Positions 49,691 through 62,772 of a DNA stretch of 64,000 nt are shown one piece after another. Under the pieces are notes generated by a model. It made no database searches and was not told the DNA's origin. It saw only the letters and a list, made by a program, of their open reading frames with translations. Position 1 is the first letter of the stretch; the number at the start of each line of letters is the position of its first letter. Source of the DNA: Octopus bimaculoides (lineage: Eukaryota); contig NC_068990.1 in assembly GCF_001194135.2 (NCBI RefSeq), positions 32,284,588 through 32,348,587 on the forward strand. Reading direction: 5' to 3'. Both the position numbers and the translations under genes were made by a program.

Positions 49691-51299
49691 CTGTATGAGG
49701 TCTAGTATTTAGGCAACTGACAAGCTGTATGGCTACTTTGTAGGGGACTGATATACTATATGAGGACTAGTACTTATTTTAGATATACTCATATCATCAA
49801 GTGTTTAATGCTTTTCTCAATAACTTAATGTGTAAATAGACTCAACAAAAGGGGGTACTCCTTTTGTTATAGTGTACACGGACAGTAATGGAATTGAACC
49901 AATATACTCTACAATGAATCCCTCCAATAGCATTCTGAACTTTGTCTTAATATTGTTTTCTCTGTCCCTTATCAACAATGGTTTGTCTTGCTATTGTCTT
50001 CTCAACCAAGTGTGTCTCAGTTATCTCTGTATAATGAAATGAATTTTTGTTTTTTCTTCTTTTGTTTTCAAGGGGGATTTTCTTTTTTGTTTCGTTTTGC
50101 ATTGGGACTTTTTTTTTATCAAATATAAAGTCTTTTGATTTGTGAGTTGTTTGTGTTTTTATATTTCTTTAATGTATTCTTTATTTTTGTGTGTTGTAAA
50201 GGGAAATATAATTTAATAAGACACAAAAGAAAAATACTAAGTTTTGGTTCCCTTGTTGTTTTCCCTGTGAAAGTTATGTTGTTACTCATTAAATTTTCAA
50301 ATCTTTCATGTGAAATGTCTTCTTTTCTCTTTTTTTTTAACCAGTGTTTTACTTGCTTCTTAATGTTGCATTCTTGGTCTCTTGCCATTATTATTATTGT
50401 TATTATTATTATTACTATTATTATTACTACTATTTGCTACCCCCATTTTTGTTTTTCAGGATCCTGTTTTTTTTTTCTCTAATTTATTTTCTGATTGTTG
50501 TATCCTTTTTTTTTTTTTAGCTGTTGTTGATGTTGTTATCATTGATGTTGTTGTTGGTATCATTGCCATTGTCATTGTTCTGACAGTGATAAAAAAATAA
50601 AGATCATTAATATTTAGTGAAAATTACAAATTTCTTCACTTGAATATTACAGAATTACAATTAAGTGACCCAACCAGTTGAGGGTGTTGGTGGAGAGAGA
50701 AAGAAAGAGAGGTTTCCTTTATGTATTTGTGCGTGTATGTATGTATGCGACATTAATATATGATTGAGTACTTCAGACGGAGAGGAAAAACAAGGAAAGT
50801 TATTAGTGTCTTTTCTTAAGTTAATTAGAAAAGACTGGGTAAGTGTTGATGATGTCTGCAGTATTCTCAGGAACATTTGTATATGAATGTCTGCACGAAA
50901 ACCACTGGACAGGAATGAATTATCCTCCATGGATGTCTGGTGTTGATCAACTGGCTGCCTGCTTGTTGATTCATGCTGAACAGCTAACATTACATGTTGC
51001 TGAGTCTATTGTTTGATTATCTTCTCAGTTGAGTTGCTACAATAAAGCTGTGAGACATTCAAGGCAAATTTTGAATAATGGTGGCATGTCTGTTCAGTTT
51101 TTTTTATTGACATTTTTATTAATTTACCTTTCTTGAAAGTAAAATTGGAGAGAAGTGTGTTGAGTGGGACATGTTTTCTAAAATAAGTTTGTGTGTGTGT
51201 GTGTGTGTGTGTGTGAGGATTAATGGGTATCAATAGTTCAAGTCAGTGATGTTAGCTAAGTTGTAGTGAAAGAAATCAAAGAGGTCATTTTGTTGGCAT

Positions 51300-51630
51300 T
51301 CAAGGTTTCAGCAATGACTGGTATAACAATATCATTGTCAACTACAAGTTCACAAAAAATGCTCTAGGGAGAATGGGAACTACAAACGTTTCAAATTAAT
51401 GATCTTTCTTATGAAAGTCACTAAAGGCAATATAGCACAACATATTAAGAAAAGAATTCGCCTAGACAAGTTGCGGTTTGACATTGTGCCAGGAAGGTTT
51501 ACTATTAAGGCCATCTTTTGTGAGACAAAAGAAATACTCAACTAGAGTGATCCCCTATACCTAAACTTTATTGAGCTGGAGCAAGCCTTTGGCAATGTTC
51601 CACACTCTGTGGTTCAGTAGTCACTATCTA
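51300..51630 (+). mobile_element. Degenerate RTE reverse transcriptase N-half fragment
   Basis: IAQHIKKRIRLDKLRFDIVPGRFTIKAIF...DPLYLNFIELEQAFGNVPHSVV resembles QFGFVPGRSTTDAIF...LYMAFVDLEKAFDRVP. Confidence 0.75.
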
Positions 51631-52361
51631 GAGATCACTCTGATGAATGTCCTTTAAGGGCAAAGTGAGAGACAGTAGCGGTTAGTGTATGGTGATTTTT
51701 AAAGCTGAATTTGGTTTAGAGAAGAAATTCCAGATGAGGTATCTTCTTTAGTGTTTGTGCCATGATAGATTCCACTCAGTACGCTCTATAAAGTGGTTTG
51801 CAAACGAAAAGATACAATATAAGATCAAGAGACTTCTTTAATCTTGCAACAGTGGCTATTTCTTCTTTTTGAAACTGATTGTTCTAATAATCCATTATTT
51901 GGTAACTCTCATGCTTATAATAGCAAATAGCTGGTTGCTTTTTGTGATGGTAACCCTTACCTGTTTCTCAAGTAAGAGATCTTATATCTACCACATGCCT
52001 TTGATGCTGCAAAGCCAGCAGATGATTTCTTAACAAAGGAAATGACAACAATGTCTTTATTTGTAACTCAGTAACTTTCAGAGAAGAACAAATGTAAACA
52101 AACTCACAGGTATGCATACGAATGCATGCGTGCATCACATACAAATGTCCCTCCCCACTACAGCTTCTTTCAGTTTCTGTTTTCCACATCTACTTACAAA
52201 GACGTTAGTCTGGGCTGTTGGAGAAGAGGTTGCCCAAGGTGCTGTGTAGAGGGACTGTGTGTTTAAGAAATGAACTGTTACTGGGTGTGAGAATATAGAT
52301 ATTTTGTTTTATTTTATATGAATGTGCACACGTACATATATGGATATATATATATATATAA

Positions 52362-52436
<75 letters not shown>

Positions 52437-52440
<4 letters not shown>

Positions 52441-52959
52441 ATTAATGAGAGGGGCGGAATATGGAAGATATGAGAATCCTTATTGATCACTACAATTGTT
52501 TCAACCCCTCTTTCATTGATCATATATGGGTGGGATTCTGAACATTTGGTTTAGGTGCATCTCTAGGTGATTTCAATAGTTATCTTTTTAAAATAAACTT
52601 CATTTTGCAAGATTTCTTCTTGGTCTTTATATACAGAATTAAGGTATACAGCTTCATTCTTATAGAAAATCCGTAACAAATATCAGATATAAAAGGAACT
52701 AAATACACAATATTGTGTATTTAATCCATAACTTTCCACTTCTATATACGAAGATCAAGAAGAAATCTTACAAAACAAAGTTTATTTTAAAACGATATCC
52801 ATTGAAATCACCTGAGGAGACACATCTACGCTGATGGATGCGCCTAAACCAGATGTTCAGAATACCACCTGTGAGAGATTGATGCTAGATAAGTCAAACC
52901 ATTGTAGTGATCAATAACGATCTTGTATCTTCCATATTGTATCTTTCTCATTAATCAAA
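52437..52959. mobile_element. Second foldback element: arms of about 200 bp around a 100-bp spacer, with decayed hammerhead-like motifs in both arms
   Basis: Arm 52437-52638 is an imperfect, internally deleted reverse complement of 52740-52959. GAAACAATTGTAGTGATC on the minus strand at 52485-52502; AAACCATTGTAGTGATC on the plus strand at about 52896-52912. Confidence 0.7.
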
Positions 52960-53057
52960 AACCCACTGAACACTGAGACCGTGAACATGCTTTACCAGCA
53001 AACTACCAAGAGTATACCATATAACTTATTTACTAACAACAACAACAATACTAATAA

Positions 53058-53271
53058 TCCTTTCTACTGGAGGCACTAGGCCTCAAATTTGTAGGAAGGG
53101 GACTAGTCAATTACATCAACCCCAGTGATCCACTGGTACTTAATTTATCGACTCCGAAAGAATGAAAGGCAAAGTTGACCTCGGCAGAATTTGAACTCAG
53201 AATGTAGCAGCAGATGAAATACCACTAAGCATTTTGCCTGGCATGCTAACCATTCACCACCTCACTGCCTT
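53058..53271 (-). mobile_element. Family C SINE
   Basis: Reverse copy with an (AAT/AAC)n tail upstream on the + strand. Confidence 0.85.
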
Positions 53272-53284
53272 ATCAACAGTAATA

Positions 53285-53348
<64 letters not shown>

Positions 53349-54357
53349 CTGTGCTTGTTCCCTTATTATACATTAACCTTTCAACACCTGGCATAAAGCC
53401 ACTCACCTCCACCTTCCTCTCTTAAATTTTTCCCTCTTAGTAGTAGGAGCCTTTCCCTTTTCTGTCTTGCAACTTTACATGGCAACACTACAAGTACCAG
53501 TGGCACAAAAGAAGCACCCACTACTCCCTGTAAAATGGTTGGTATTAGGAAAGGCATCTAGCCATAGAAATCAGGCCAAAGCTGATGTTGGAGCTCAATG
53601 CAGCCTTGTGGCTTGCCAGATCCTATCAAACCTTCGAACACATGCCAGCATGGAAAATAGGCGTTAAATAATGATGATGATGCTGTATGATATGAGTGCA
53701 AGTGCACTCATATACACACAAGAATTTATGTATTAAAGTTTGTTCCATCTGATATTCGATATTGGTATTCTATCTATTTAGGGAATTTAATATTTAAAAT
53801 CCTCACTATTAGAAAACATGTGAAATTTCATATGAATTACATTTCAATTTGATTGTGTGTTCAGTTTAACTTTTATACATGTCTCCACTCCTACTTTCTT
53901 TCTCTCTCTGCTTGTGTGTATGTATATTTGTGTCTGTGTGTGTGTATGTGTGTAAAGCTTTCATAAAATACTGCAGTCACTAAAAGATGGAGAAATAAAC
54001 TGAATGTTAATACACAGCTTTTAATACTGCACATGCCATTCCAATATTTACCTGCTCTGCCATTTACAAATATTAATTAGTTAGATCATACATTCTGATT
54101 GAACTGGTATCTCACTGGTACTATCTATATATGGTGATATAGAGAAGTTCTTTAATATGAAATTACAACAATGTTACTGTTGAAGATAAACAAGATAATG
54201 ATTTTAGATACTGGATGTTGTTAATTTCCATTGCTTAGACTGATGAATTCCCAGTGTTAGATTAGAACAACTTCATTCTGCCTGAAAAGAACTTACATTT
54301 TCCTTGAAAAGTGTCCTGTTATTTCTTCATATCATTTGTCTCTACTATTGCAACTAT

Positions 54358-54744
54358 GGAGGTGGAATGGCCTAGTGGTTAGGGCAGCGGATTCGCGGTC
54401 ATAGGATCGCAGTTTCGATTCCCAGACCGAGCGTTGTGAGTGTTTATTGAGCGAAAACACCTAAAGCTCCACGAGGCTCCGGCAGGGGATGGTGGCGGAC
54501 CCTGCTGTACTCTTCCACCACAACTTTCTCTCACTCTTACTTCCTGTTTCTGTTGTACCTGTAATTCAAAGGGCCAGCCTTGTCACACTGTGTCACGCTG
54601 AATTTCCCGAGAACTATGTTAAGGGTACACGTGTCTGTGGAGTGCTCAGCCACTTGCACGTTAATTTCACGAGCAGGCTGTTCCGTTGATCGGATCAACT
54701 GGAGCCCTCGACGTCGTAAGCGACGGAGTGCCAACAACAACAAC
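54358..54744 (+). mobile_element. tRNA-headed SINE, family A (young copy)
   Basis: Full length; 14-bp TSD ACTATTGCAACTAT at 54344-57 and 54743-56. Confidence 0.92.
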
Positions 54745-55496
54745 TATTGCAACTATCAGTCTTGCAAACAAAAGCTTATGTTCTTTAATATCACAGCCAT
54801 TTTCCCAAAACAGGCTGCCTTGCAAGGTGACACTAGACAGCCCACTGGCTCAGCTCATCTCTTTCCAACCTCCACAGATCTTTTACATTCAGTTTTTCAC
54901 TGTCAGTATCATGGAGTTGATGATGAGGATTGTGATAGCGATGGAAGAGATCTTCATCATGATCTGTGTCAACATAAAAACAATTCCTCCACATTCCTTA
55001 GAACTACATTTAGTATTAGTCAATAAACTGTTGTGATGGGAGGTAAGATGTTAATTCACACAATAATCTCTTGAAATGTACTTTATCAAAATCCCAGGTG
55101 AAAGTCAATTTAGTTGAGCAAGATTTGAACTTTAGTCCATCATTTGACCTTTGGCTTTACTTGCCAACATTTTATCCTGTCTTTGTTGTAGATAGTACAG
55201 CTTTGGTGGAATTAACATTTTGTATATTAGCATTTTGGAAGAGCTCTTAATAAGAAACTGAAAAGCCACATTTGGCTGACCGATACAACAGCATCAACAA
55301 TGATGGTGAGGAGAGGGAGAAGGAAATTTCATTCTTGGTTGAAAATTAGTTCCATTCTGTGCCAAGTGACTAATTGCTATTTTCATAAGTAATTTCGATA
55401 TTTAGTCTTAAGTACACTTATCAGTAGTGCCCCCTGTTGTGGCTTCTGATAATGTATTTCTAGTTTTGTCTGTATCAGTCCATCTGTCTGTTTTTC

Positions 55497-55547
<51 letters not shown>

Positions 55548-57229
55548 AAGAGAAAGATTACCAGAGCTGTCAGCTGCCTGTCAGTTTAATAACTATTCAA
55601 GGTCTCTTCACAGCAGTTTCAAACCAAGGATTGTCTTGCTTAATTGATCACTGGAATTCCAGCCAAATTAATAGATGTGTTGTTTGGGAAATTCCGTACA
55701 CCGGATCTCTAACTGGTTTTCTCTGTTGCATTTCATGGTTTCCAGGCAAACAATTCTTTGCATGGAACCAATGGATATTTTAAGAAAGTGTGTCTTTTTC
55801 CAGATGTATTATTAATCTCTAAATCACACACATTTTCTTGATGATGCTATTGCTTTTGTTCTTCCCACATTATCGATCTTTTTATATCCTTAGCTCACAT
55901 ATACATGGATAATACCCACTCAGTTACATCTACATCCCTCTACACCCCACAATGGCTTTCATTGATTGTGGTCATACTGAGGCACAGCCTTGGAGAATTT
56001 CTGTCAAATGAATCGATCCCAGTATTTATTTTTTTTTAGACTGGTGCTTATTCTGTTGGTCTCATTTGCTGAGCTACTAAGTTGTAGGGACATAAACACA
56101 CCAACACCAGTTGTCGAGCAGAGAGGGGGACAAGCACACGCACACACACACACACACACTGCCCTGGGAGGGGAGAAAGATGGAATATTTCTAATGCAGC
56201 ACTCATCCCAAGCTTTAGGCTGTCTACACTCTTGGATTATAGTCTTAAGATTGAATTTCTTCAGGTGTAGAAAATCCAGGTGTCACAACAGTAAAACAAC
56301 CAATGTATGGGTTTAGTGAAAAGTAAAATATAATCCAAATATGACCAGTTACAGTTGTACACACACAAAGGCATCTTTCAGTTCTCATCTACTAAGTCCA
56401 ATCACAAGGCTTTGGTTATCTCAAGGCTATACTAGAAGACACTTGCTCAAGGTACCAAGCATGGGAATGAACCCAAGACCATATGGCAGGGAAGCATGTT
56501 TCTTAACCACACAGCCGTGCATCAATGAATTAAATATTGCTACAGTTATTAAATTAAAAGAAATACTGAAAATACAATGTCCATATAATAGGTAGCTTGT
56601 TTACCCAGTGAACAGGAGTTGTGCAGTTCAGTCCTATACAAGGGCCAACAACACACTTCTTTCAAATTAATTTGTTTACATTGTGCTTTTCTTTCAACTT
56701 GCATCTGTTCATGTAAGTTCATAGATGAGATGTCTTTATGGGTAGCATTTCATTATTCTGCCCTGATAACATTCACACAACATCTAATAGTGAAATGGGT
56801 CTGGCATATACTTTACAGCATAGGACACTCAGATTAACAAAATAGTTTGTTTTGTTTAGAAGTTCAGCATTAATGAGTGTAATTAGTAGGGTGTGAACCT
56901 ATAATCTGGTGGTAGAAATGAGATAACTAAGTATACTTAACCTCATATCAGCCTCTGTAGTCGTAGCTGGCCTAACTATCAGTAGTTGTGCTTGATGTTT
57001 GGTGTACACCAGGCTACCATGCATTAAGCTCATCATGAATGGGTAAAAGGAAAGTTAAATATAAACTGTAGAATATAAGGTGGTGAATGCTCGTCTGTTT
57101 TGGTTGGAATTGATGCAGTGAAGGTAAACAATACAGTATATTAATTAAAGGAGAGAAGAAAAGTAATTTTGGTGTGAGCCCTTTGTGAGAAAGTAGGATT
57201 CACCTAATTCTCAGTTCCTGACAGGTAAA

Positions 57230-58140
57230 AATAGTTATGTGAATGAGTATGTGATACATGGTAGAGCATTGATTGATGACGCTAAGGCATATAAGTTTGC
57301 AGTTTACTGAGAGGGCATGCTGATATGTTAGGGATGGTGGCTTGTGATATTATCAGAGCATATGTAAAGAAAGAATGAGATGGCACATCCTTTGCAATCT
57401 CTGAAGATAGAGCACATGTTCAGTATCTTTTAGATTGCTTTGTTCAGCATCTCTCTTTTATTATAATTGCCAGTTGATTGTGTTTTCTGATAACACTTTT
57501 TGCAGCTTGTGATCTTCAACACTGATGATATCATGGTGATAATTTAGTAACTTAGACACATCACACAGCACACACACTCTTTCTGATCAAATACCAAAAA
57601 TGCTGTTAAGAACCAGCATCTATCACCTACTTCAGATATACTTTACCTAAAGCATATATCTAAATCATAAAAGACTATCTCTGTGATGGTTATCCACAAG
57701 AGGAAGGAGGAATCCAAAGCTGATCTATCAGAATACTAGCCTATAGCATTAATCAGCATCATCAGCATAAAAATAGAATTGGCTGTCAATAACCGATTGC
57801 ACAACTACCTGTGAAAACTGAGTCAGGGAGCAGTTCAGATCTGAGTAAGATGGTAGCCTATAGTTTTCTGTTTGGTTGGAAGTTAATAGCAACTCCTTCC
57901 CTATTTTCCATCCTTCTGTGTAATTGTGTTGTCACACAAACAAGGATTATATTAAATAGTACACAGCCTTACCTGACCTTTGTTTTAACATTGAAGGATT
58001 CAGATTTTTCCCTATCGATAATTAAGGCCATAATTTCAATGTCACATTCTCTGAAGAGGTTCATGAATTTGTGTAGGCAACCGAACTTCCTCAGAGCATC
58101 TTTGTTTACTGTTTACAGTTTCAAAAGTCCTTGAGAAGCC
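57230..58140 (-). mobile_element. Degenerate RTE reverse transcriptase fragment with a YADD motif
   Basis: Minus strand: DALRKFGCLHKFMNLF...KSESFNVKTKVR*GCVL, and LFYADDAD at about 57755-57780. Confidence 0.78.
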
Positions 58141-58479
58141 ATGAAATGTGTGTTTGTGCCTGTGTTTCTATACGCCTGTCTGTCTCTCTGTCTGTCCATC
58201 CATCCATCCATCCATTCATTCATTCACACACACACTGGCAACAGTGCAACCCATGCCAAAATTGATGTTGATGATGATACACACACACTCTTACACACAT
58301 GCAGAATAGTAAAGATAATTTTGCCAACTTTCTTCGGTAGAAACAAAGCTTTAGAGATGATTGTGTTTATCAAGTAAGGAAATTCCTGTGATAAGTATTA
58401 CTGTGTAAAGCAACTGTGTGTTGAACTTTCTGGGTTACAAATCTTATATCCAGATAGCACACACAGGTTGCACCATTAT

Positions 58480-58867
58480 GTTGTTGTTGTTGGCACTCCG
58501 TCGCTTACGACATCGAGAGTTCCAGTTGATCCGATCAATGGAACAGCCTGCTCGTGAAATTAACGTGCAAGTGGCTGAGCACTCCACAGACACGTGTACC
58601 CTTAACGTAGTTCTCGGGGATATTCAGCGTGACACAGTGTGACAAGGCTGACCCTTTGAATTACAGGCACAACAGAAACAGGAAGTAAGAGTGAGAGAAA
58701 GTTGTGGTGAAGGAGTACAGCAGGATTTGCCACCATCCCCTGCCGGAGCCTCGTGGAGCTTTAGGTATTTTCGCTCAATAAATACTCACAACGCCCGGTC
58801 TGGGAATCGAAACCGCGATCCTATGACTGCGAGTCCGCTGCCCTAACCACTGGGCCATTGCGCCTCC
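58480..58867 (-). mobile_element. tRNA-headed SINE, family A (young copy)
   Basis: Full-length reverse copy; 10-bp TSD ACCATTATGT at 58472-81 and 58870-79. Confidence 0.92.
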
Positions 58868-59536
58868 GTACCATTATGTAAGAATAAGTAAATGCAGATT
58901 TTGATAAGTAAAACACAAACTCTTAGATTAAGTCGATATTATCTTGCAGAAGAGTAATTAGGATTGAAATGAGACAACAGGTGTATGTGTGTGTGTGTGT
59001 GTGTGTGCATGTATATGTTGGTGTGTTAGTGAAGCATAACTGAAAATACAATGTTGTGTAAAATGAGACCCATTAAATTAATAATCTCCAAAACCAGAAT
59101 ATGTTTTAGGAATCCCTTATTGTGACTGTTTAACCCTAGGTCAGTTTTAATCAAACCAATCTATGATCAAAGCTTTCTAGTCATGACCATACCATCTTAT
59201 TTTTAAACAATGTACTCAGAACTACATTTTTTGTTCTAACTTTTTTTTTTCAAGTTGTGGTTGGTGGAATTTAGCTACTATTTCTAGCAGATAGAGTGAC
59301 TGACCATATAGAGATTTTTTCGTTTGTATGTGTCCTGTGTGCTTTGGGAAGTCCCATTAAGGACTTGTAGCTATATCATTGAATATCCAGCCTATCTCCA
59401 AAAATGCTGTTAAATTGTTTGTTCTAATAATTTTTCTTTAATTATAAAAAATATTTTGATAAGTTAGACTAATTTATTATATTTTCAAATTTTCATTTTT
59501 ATTTATTTTTTTGTCTTGTATTTTTCTTTTTACTAG

Positions 59537-59777
59537 ATCCCAGTGAAGTTGATTCATTACCTCCCGGTGGTGTGTTGACTCGCATGTCAAGTAACCCAAT
59601 GTACAGTTCATCTTATCACAGTCCCCCTATTACCACAGAAAAGCCAGCCTACCCCCATGTTCAAAGGAGTGCCAGTTTCTCTAGTTCTGAACTCTCAGCC
59701 ACTGAAACTAACCGACTCAATGACAACACCAAAGTAACTAATAATCCTCAAGACTCCTCTTCTCAAACAAGCAAAAG
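59537..59777 (+). CDS. RIC1: RIC1 coding exon (phase 1 to 2), Ser/Pro-rich linker: (D)PSEVDSLPPGGVLTRMSSNPMYSSSYHSPPITTEKPAYPHVQRSASFSSSELSATETNRLNDNTKVTNNPQDSSSQTSK(R)
   Basis: Seen: T-rich tract plus TAG acceptor (59534-59536), 241 nt with no stop in the frame set by the previous exon (G+AT = Asp), AG|GTAAAC donor at 59778. Inference: equivalent to the low-complexity linker after RFLKAI in vertebrate RIC1. Confidence 0.8.
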
Positions 59778-59845
59778 GTAAACTATCTTTCTGCCATTTA
59801 GTTTTCTACTCATTATTCTATTTCCTTTTCTTTTCTTTCTTTTAA

Positions 59846-60073
59846 TTAACCTTTTAACATTCAGATCACTCTGCCCCATATAATGCTTATTTATTCACAT
59901 CGTTTTGAATTAATGATGCATTTTCTTGTAGCTTTATGATTTCGATGATGAGATTGTTTATTTTTCAAATGACATCAGAGAATAGGTGTGAGAAATCAGA
60001 TCTTGCTAGTTTGAGCATAAAACACACAGAAAATTTGGGCTGGATACGGCTGGTTTGAATATTAAAGGGTTAA
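59846..60073. mobile_element. TTAA-flanked MITE (piggyBac-type ends)
   Basis: TTAA-CCTTTTAACATTC ... GAATATTAAAGGG-TTAA. Same family at about 21902-22127 and 40510-40723. Confidence 0.78.
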
Positions 60074-61170
60074 AAAGACACAACAGAGATGGAGTTAAGA
60101 CATCAATCTACAAACTACAGGAGTCAGAAGTTCAACTTGTATTTCAGCTACTGGCCACTCTAAACAGATTTTTGTTTTAGCACTTCAATAGTTATTGATC
60201 AGAAAGTTATCCAGTTGTAGAAATAATTCTAAGAATTATCTGAAAAATATTTAAATTTGTGAAACTCATCTCAACCCATGCTAACATGGTAAGGAGATAG
60301 AATAACAATGATAAATGATTAAATGACAGAGACAATACAACGATGGAGTAAAGAATTTAGATTCCCTCTTTGGTTTCTGACAGATTCAGGTCTTTCTTTC
60401 AGAGTTACCGAACTCTAGCATTATTCTGGACTTCAATACAATCCACTCTAATCTTACTCTTCAAACATGTTATCCTTGAGACTATAAAAATATTAGCTCT
60501 GAGGTTTAGGTATGGCTGCACAGGTAAGAAGCTCACTTCACAACCACTTGGTCTCAGGTTCAGTCTCACTGCATGACACTTCAGGGAAATATTTCTAATA
60601 TTGCCTTTAGCTAACTGATGTCTTATGTGCTAAATTGAAAGAGGAAAACTGCCTCAAATAAGTGCCTGTTCAACCTAGGCCAGCATAGAAAAATGTATGT
60701 AAAATGAATGTACAAATGTGCTAATGGAAATAAGTCATTATTTCTATTTAGAGTAACAAATTCAATATCTTATTAAATGTACTTCATTCATAAAGAAGAG
60801 ATAATGCAATTAACATTACACCACACCCCATGTGATATCATCTATTTTGTATACACTGTGATGGGAAATATGTAATTAACCTCAAGTTTTGTCACTTTTT
60901 TCTCTCAAATTAGTCTTGAATAAATTGTTTTGTTTCAAACCAAAAACAAAGGCAATTTTGAAGACTCTCTCTTTAAAATGGTAATTACCATTCAAATTTT
61001 TGGTTCCAAATTTCTTTTTCTCTACCATTCTCATTTTAATTTCTCTCTCTTCCTCCTGCCATTCATGTTAACCATCTTTAGTATTGTTAAATTCTCAATG
61101 ACTTCTCTTTCATGTCTGGCTAACATTAAAGAAAATTCACTTTCTTAGCACACGCACACATGTGCGCGTG

Positions 61171-61218
<48 letters not shown>

Positions 61219-62434
61219 TAACCAGAACAATAACAGTATTGGTAATTAATTCTTGAAGTTCTGTAGTGCTTCCTCTGTATAAATCTCTCTATCTTGTTAG
61301 AAACCAAAGATTTTAATGAAATGTATATAGTCAAATAAAAAAATAACTCTTTCATGAATTTGGGTGAAATTTGCTGATGCAATATAATGTAGTTTGTATG
61401 TGTTGTTGACTTTTACCTACTGTCATTTCCTTTCACTTGCCAAGGCAGGTTGAAATTGGTTAAGTTGATTACACATAAGTGTTTTCATATATATATATTT
61501 GCAAGACATCAATTCCTGGGGTTGCAATTTCCTAATTAAATCATTAATAAATTATCAATAAAAAGTCACTAATAAATAATATCACTGAATTCTAACTCAC
61601 TGCTTGAGGTATTAGCCACCATTGAGCTCATAAATTAAAGAAAAATTCATGTAAATTTACTTGAAACAAAAACTAGATGAATTAATAAATAAGGAAATAA
61701 TGAGATAAAATAAATACACTTGGTGCAAAGAGGAAGTCTTTTGATAGGAAGTTCTTTTTAACTCTTTCACATGCAAAATGAAATTTCTTGATTATTCCTG
61801 GAATGATGTTAAATGTTTACTAAAAAATAGAATTGGTATTTTCTGCAAGTCATGTTGCCTCAGTAAACTTGACATATCTCAATGGAAAATAGTTTGAAAA
61901 GTGATATTCCTCAGCAACAGACAGACTGGTATATAAAACCGCTTTCCACCGTTAAGAGTAATGAAATTATGTGTAGATATATCTGTTTTCCACAGTGAAA
62001 GGGTTAACATGAAGTCAAACTTTGTTTTTCGCACAGAATAATGTATAGTCTCAGTTTTTGATATCCAACTCCAAAAACAACACTGTTTGAGCAGTGGGTT
62101 TGTGCTGTTTAGAACTTGATGACTGTTGTGGATATCTATAGTATAGAGTTTTAAGAGTTAAAATAATATAGTGTCAGACTAAAGTATTTTACAATATTTA
62201 GTTCCATTCTTTTTCTCCAGAGTTCCAATTCTGACAGAGTTGATAGATAAGTGTTCTTCAACTTTCTGGAATTGATTGATTAAGTTTTTAACATTTTGGT
62301 TGATCCACCTAACTTCCATATAAATTTGTGGATTTGTACTAATGTGAGATACCCTCATCATCATTGTTGCCCTCCAGCACCGTTTTGTCCTTCATTTCTA
62401 TAAATTTTTGTCTCTTTGCTTATGGCTCATTGTA

Positions 62435-62772
62435 GTGAAGGCACATGGCTCAGTGGTTAGAGTGTCAGGCTCACAATCATGAGGTAGTGAGTTTGATTCC
62501 TGGACCAGGCTGTGTATTGTGTTCTTGAGCAAGAGACTTTGTTTCACTTTGCTCCAGTTCACTCATCTGTAGAAATGAGTTGTGATGTCACTGATGCCAA
62601 GCTGTATTGGCCTTCCTCTTGGATAACATCGGTGGTGTAGAAAGAGGAACTTGGTATGCATAGGTGACTGCTGGTGTTCCATGAACAATCTTGCCCAGAC
62701 TTGTGCCTTAGAGGGTAATTCACTAGGTGCAATCCTATGGTCATTGATGACTGAAGGGAGTCTTTACCCTTT
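62435..62772 (+). mobile_element. CORE-type SINE, family B (tRNA head, CORE-like domain, tail type 1)
   Basis: TTGTGTTCTTGAGCAAGAGACTTTGTTTCACTTTGCTCCAGTTCACTCATCTGTAGAAATGAG resembles the MIR/CORE domain (recalled consensus TGTGACCTTGGGCAAGTTACTTAACCTCTCTGTGCCTCAGTTTCCTCATCTGTAAAATGG). CORE SINEs are known from octopus; assignment to a named family needs Dfam/SINEBase. Confidence 0.8.

Noticed and set aside
51482-51496. HCARK peptide, identical to a conserved RIC1 motif
   Set aside because: It lies downstream of exons it should precede, hits a stop after a few codons, and overlaps an RTE RT remnant in another frame; coincidence.
51634-51668. CACT-CTGATGA-ATGTCCTTTAAGGGC-AAAGTG hammerhead-like string
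   Set aside because: The core and a weak stem II are present, but G12 and all of stem III are missing; at best a deleted fossil.
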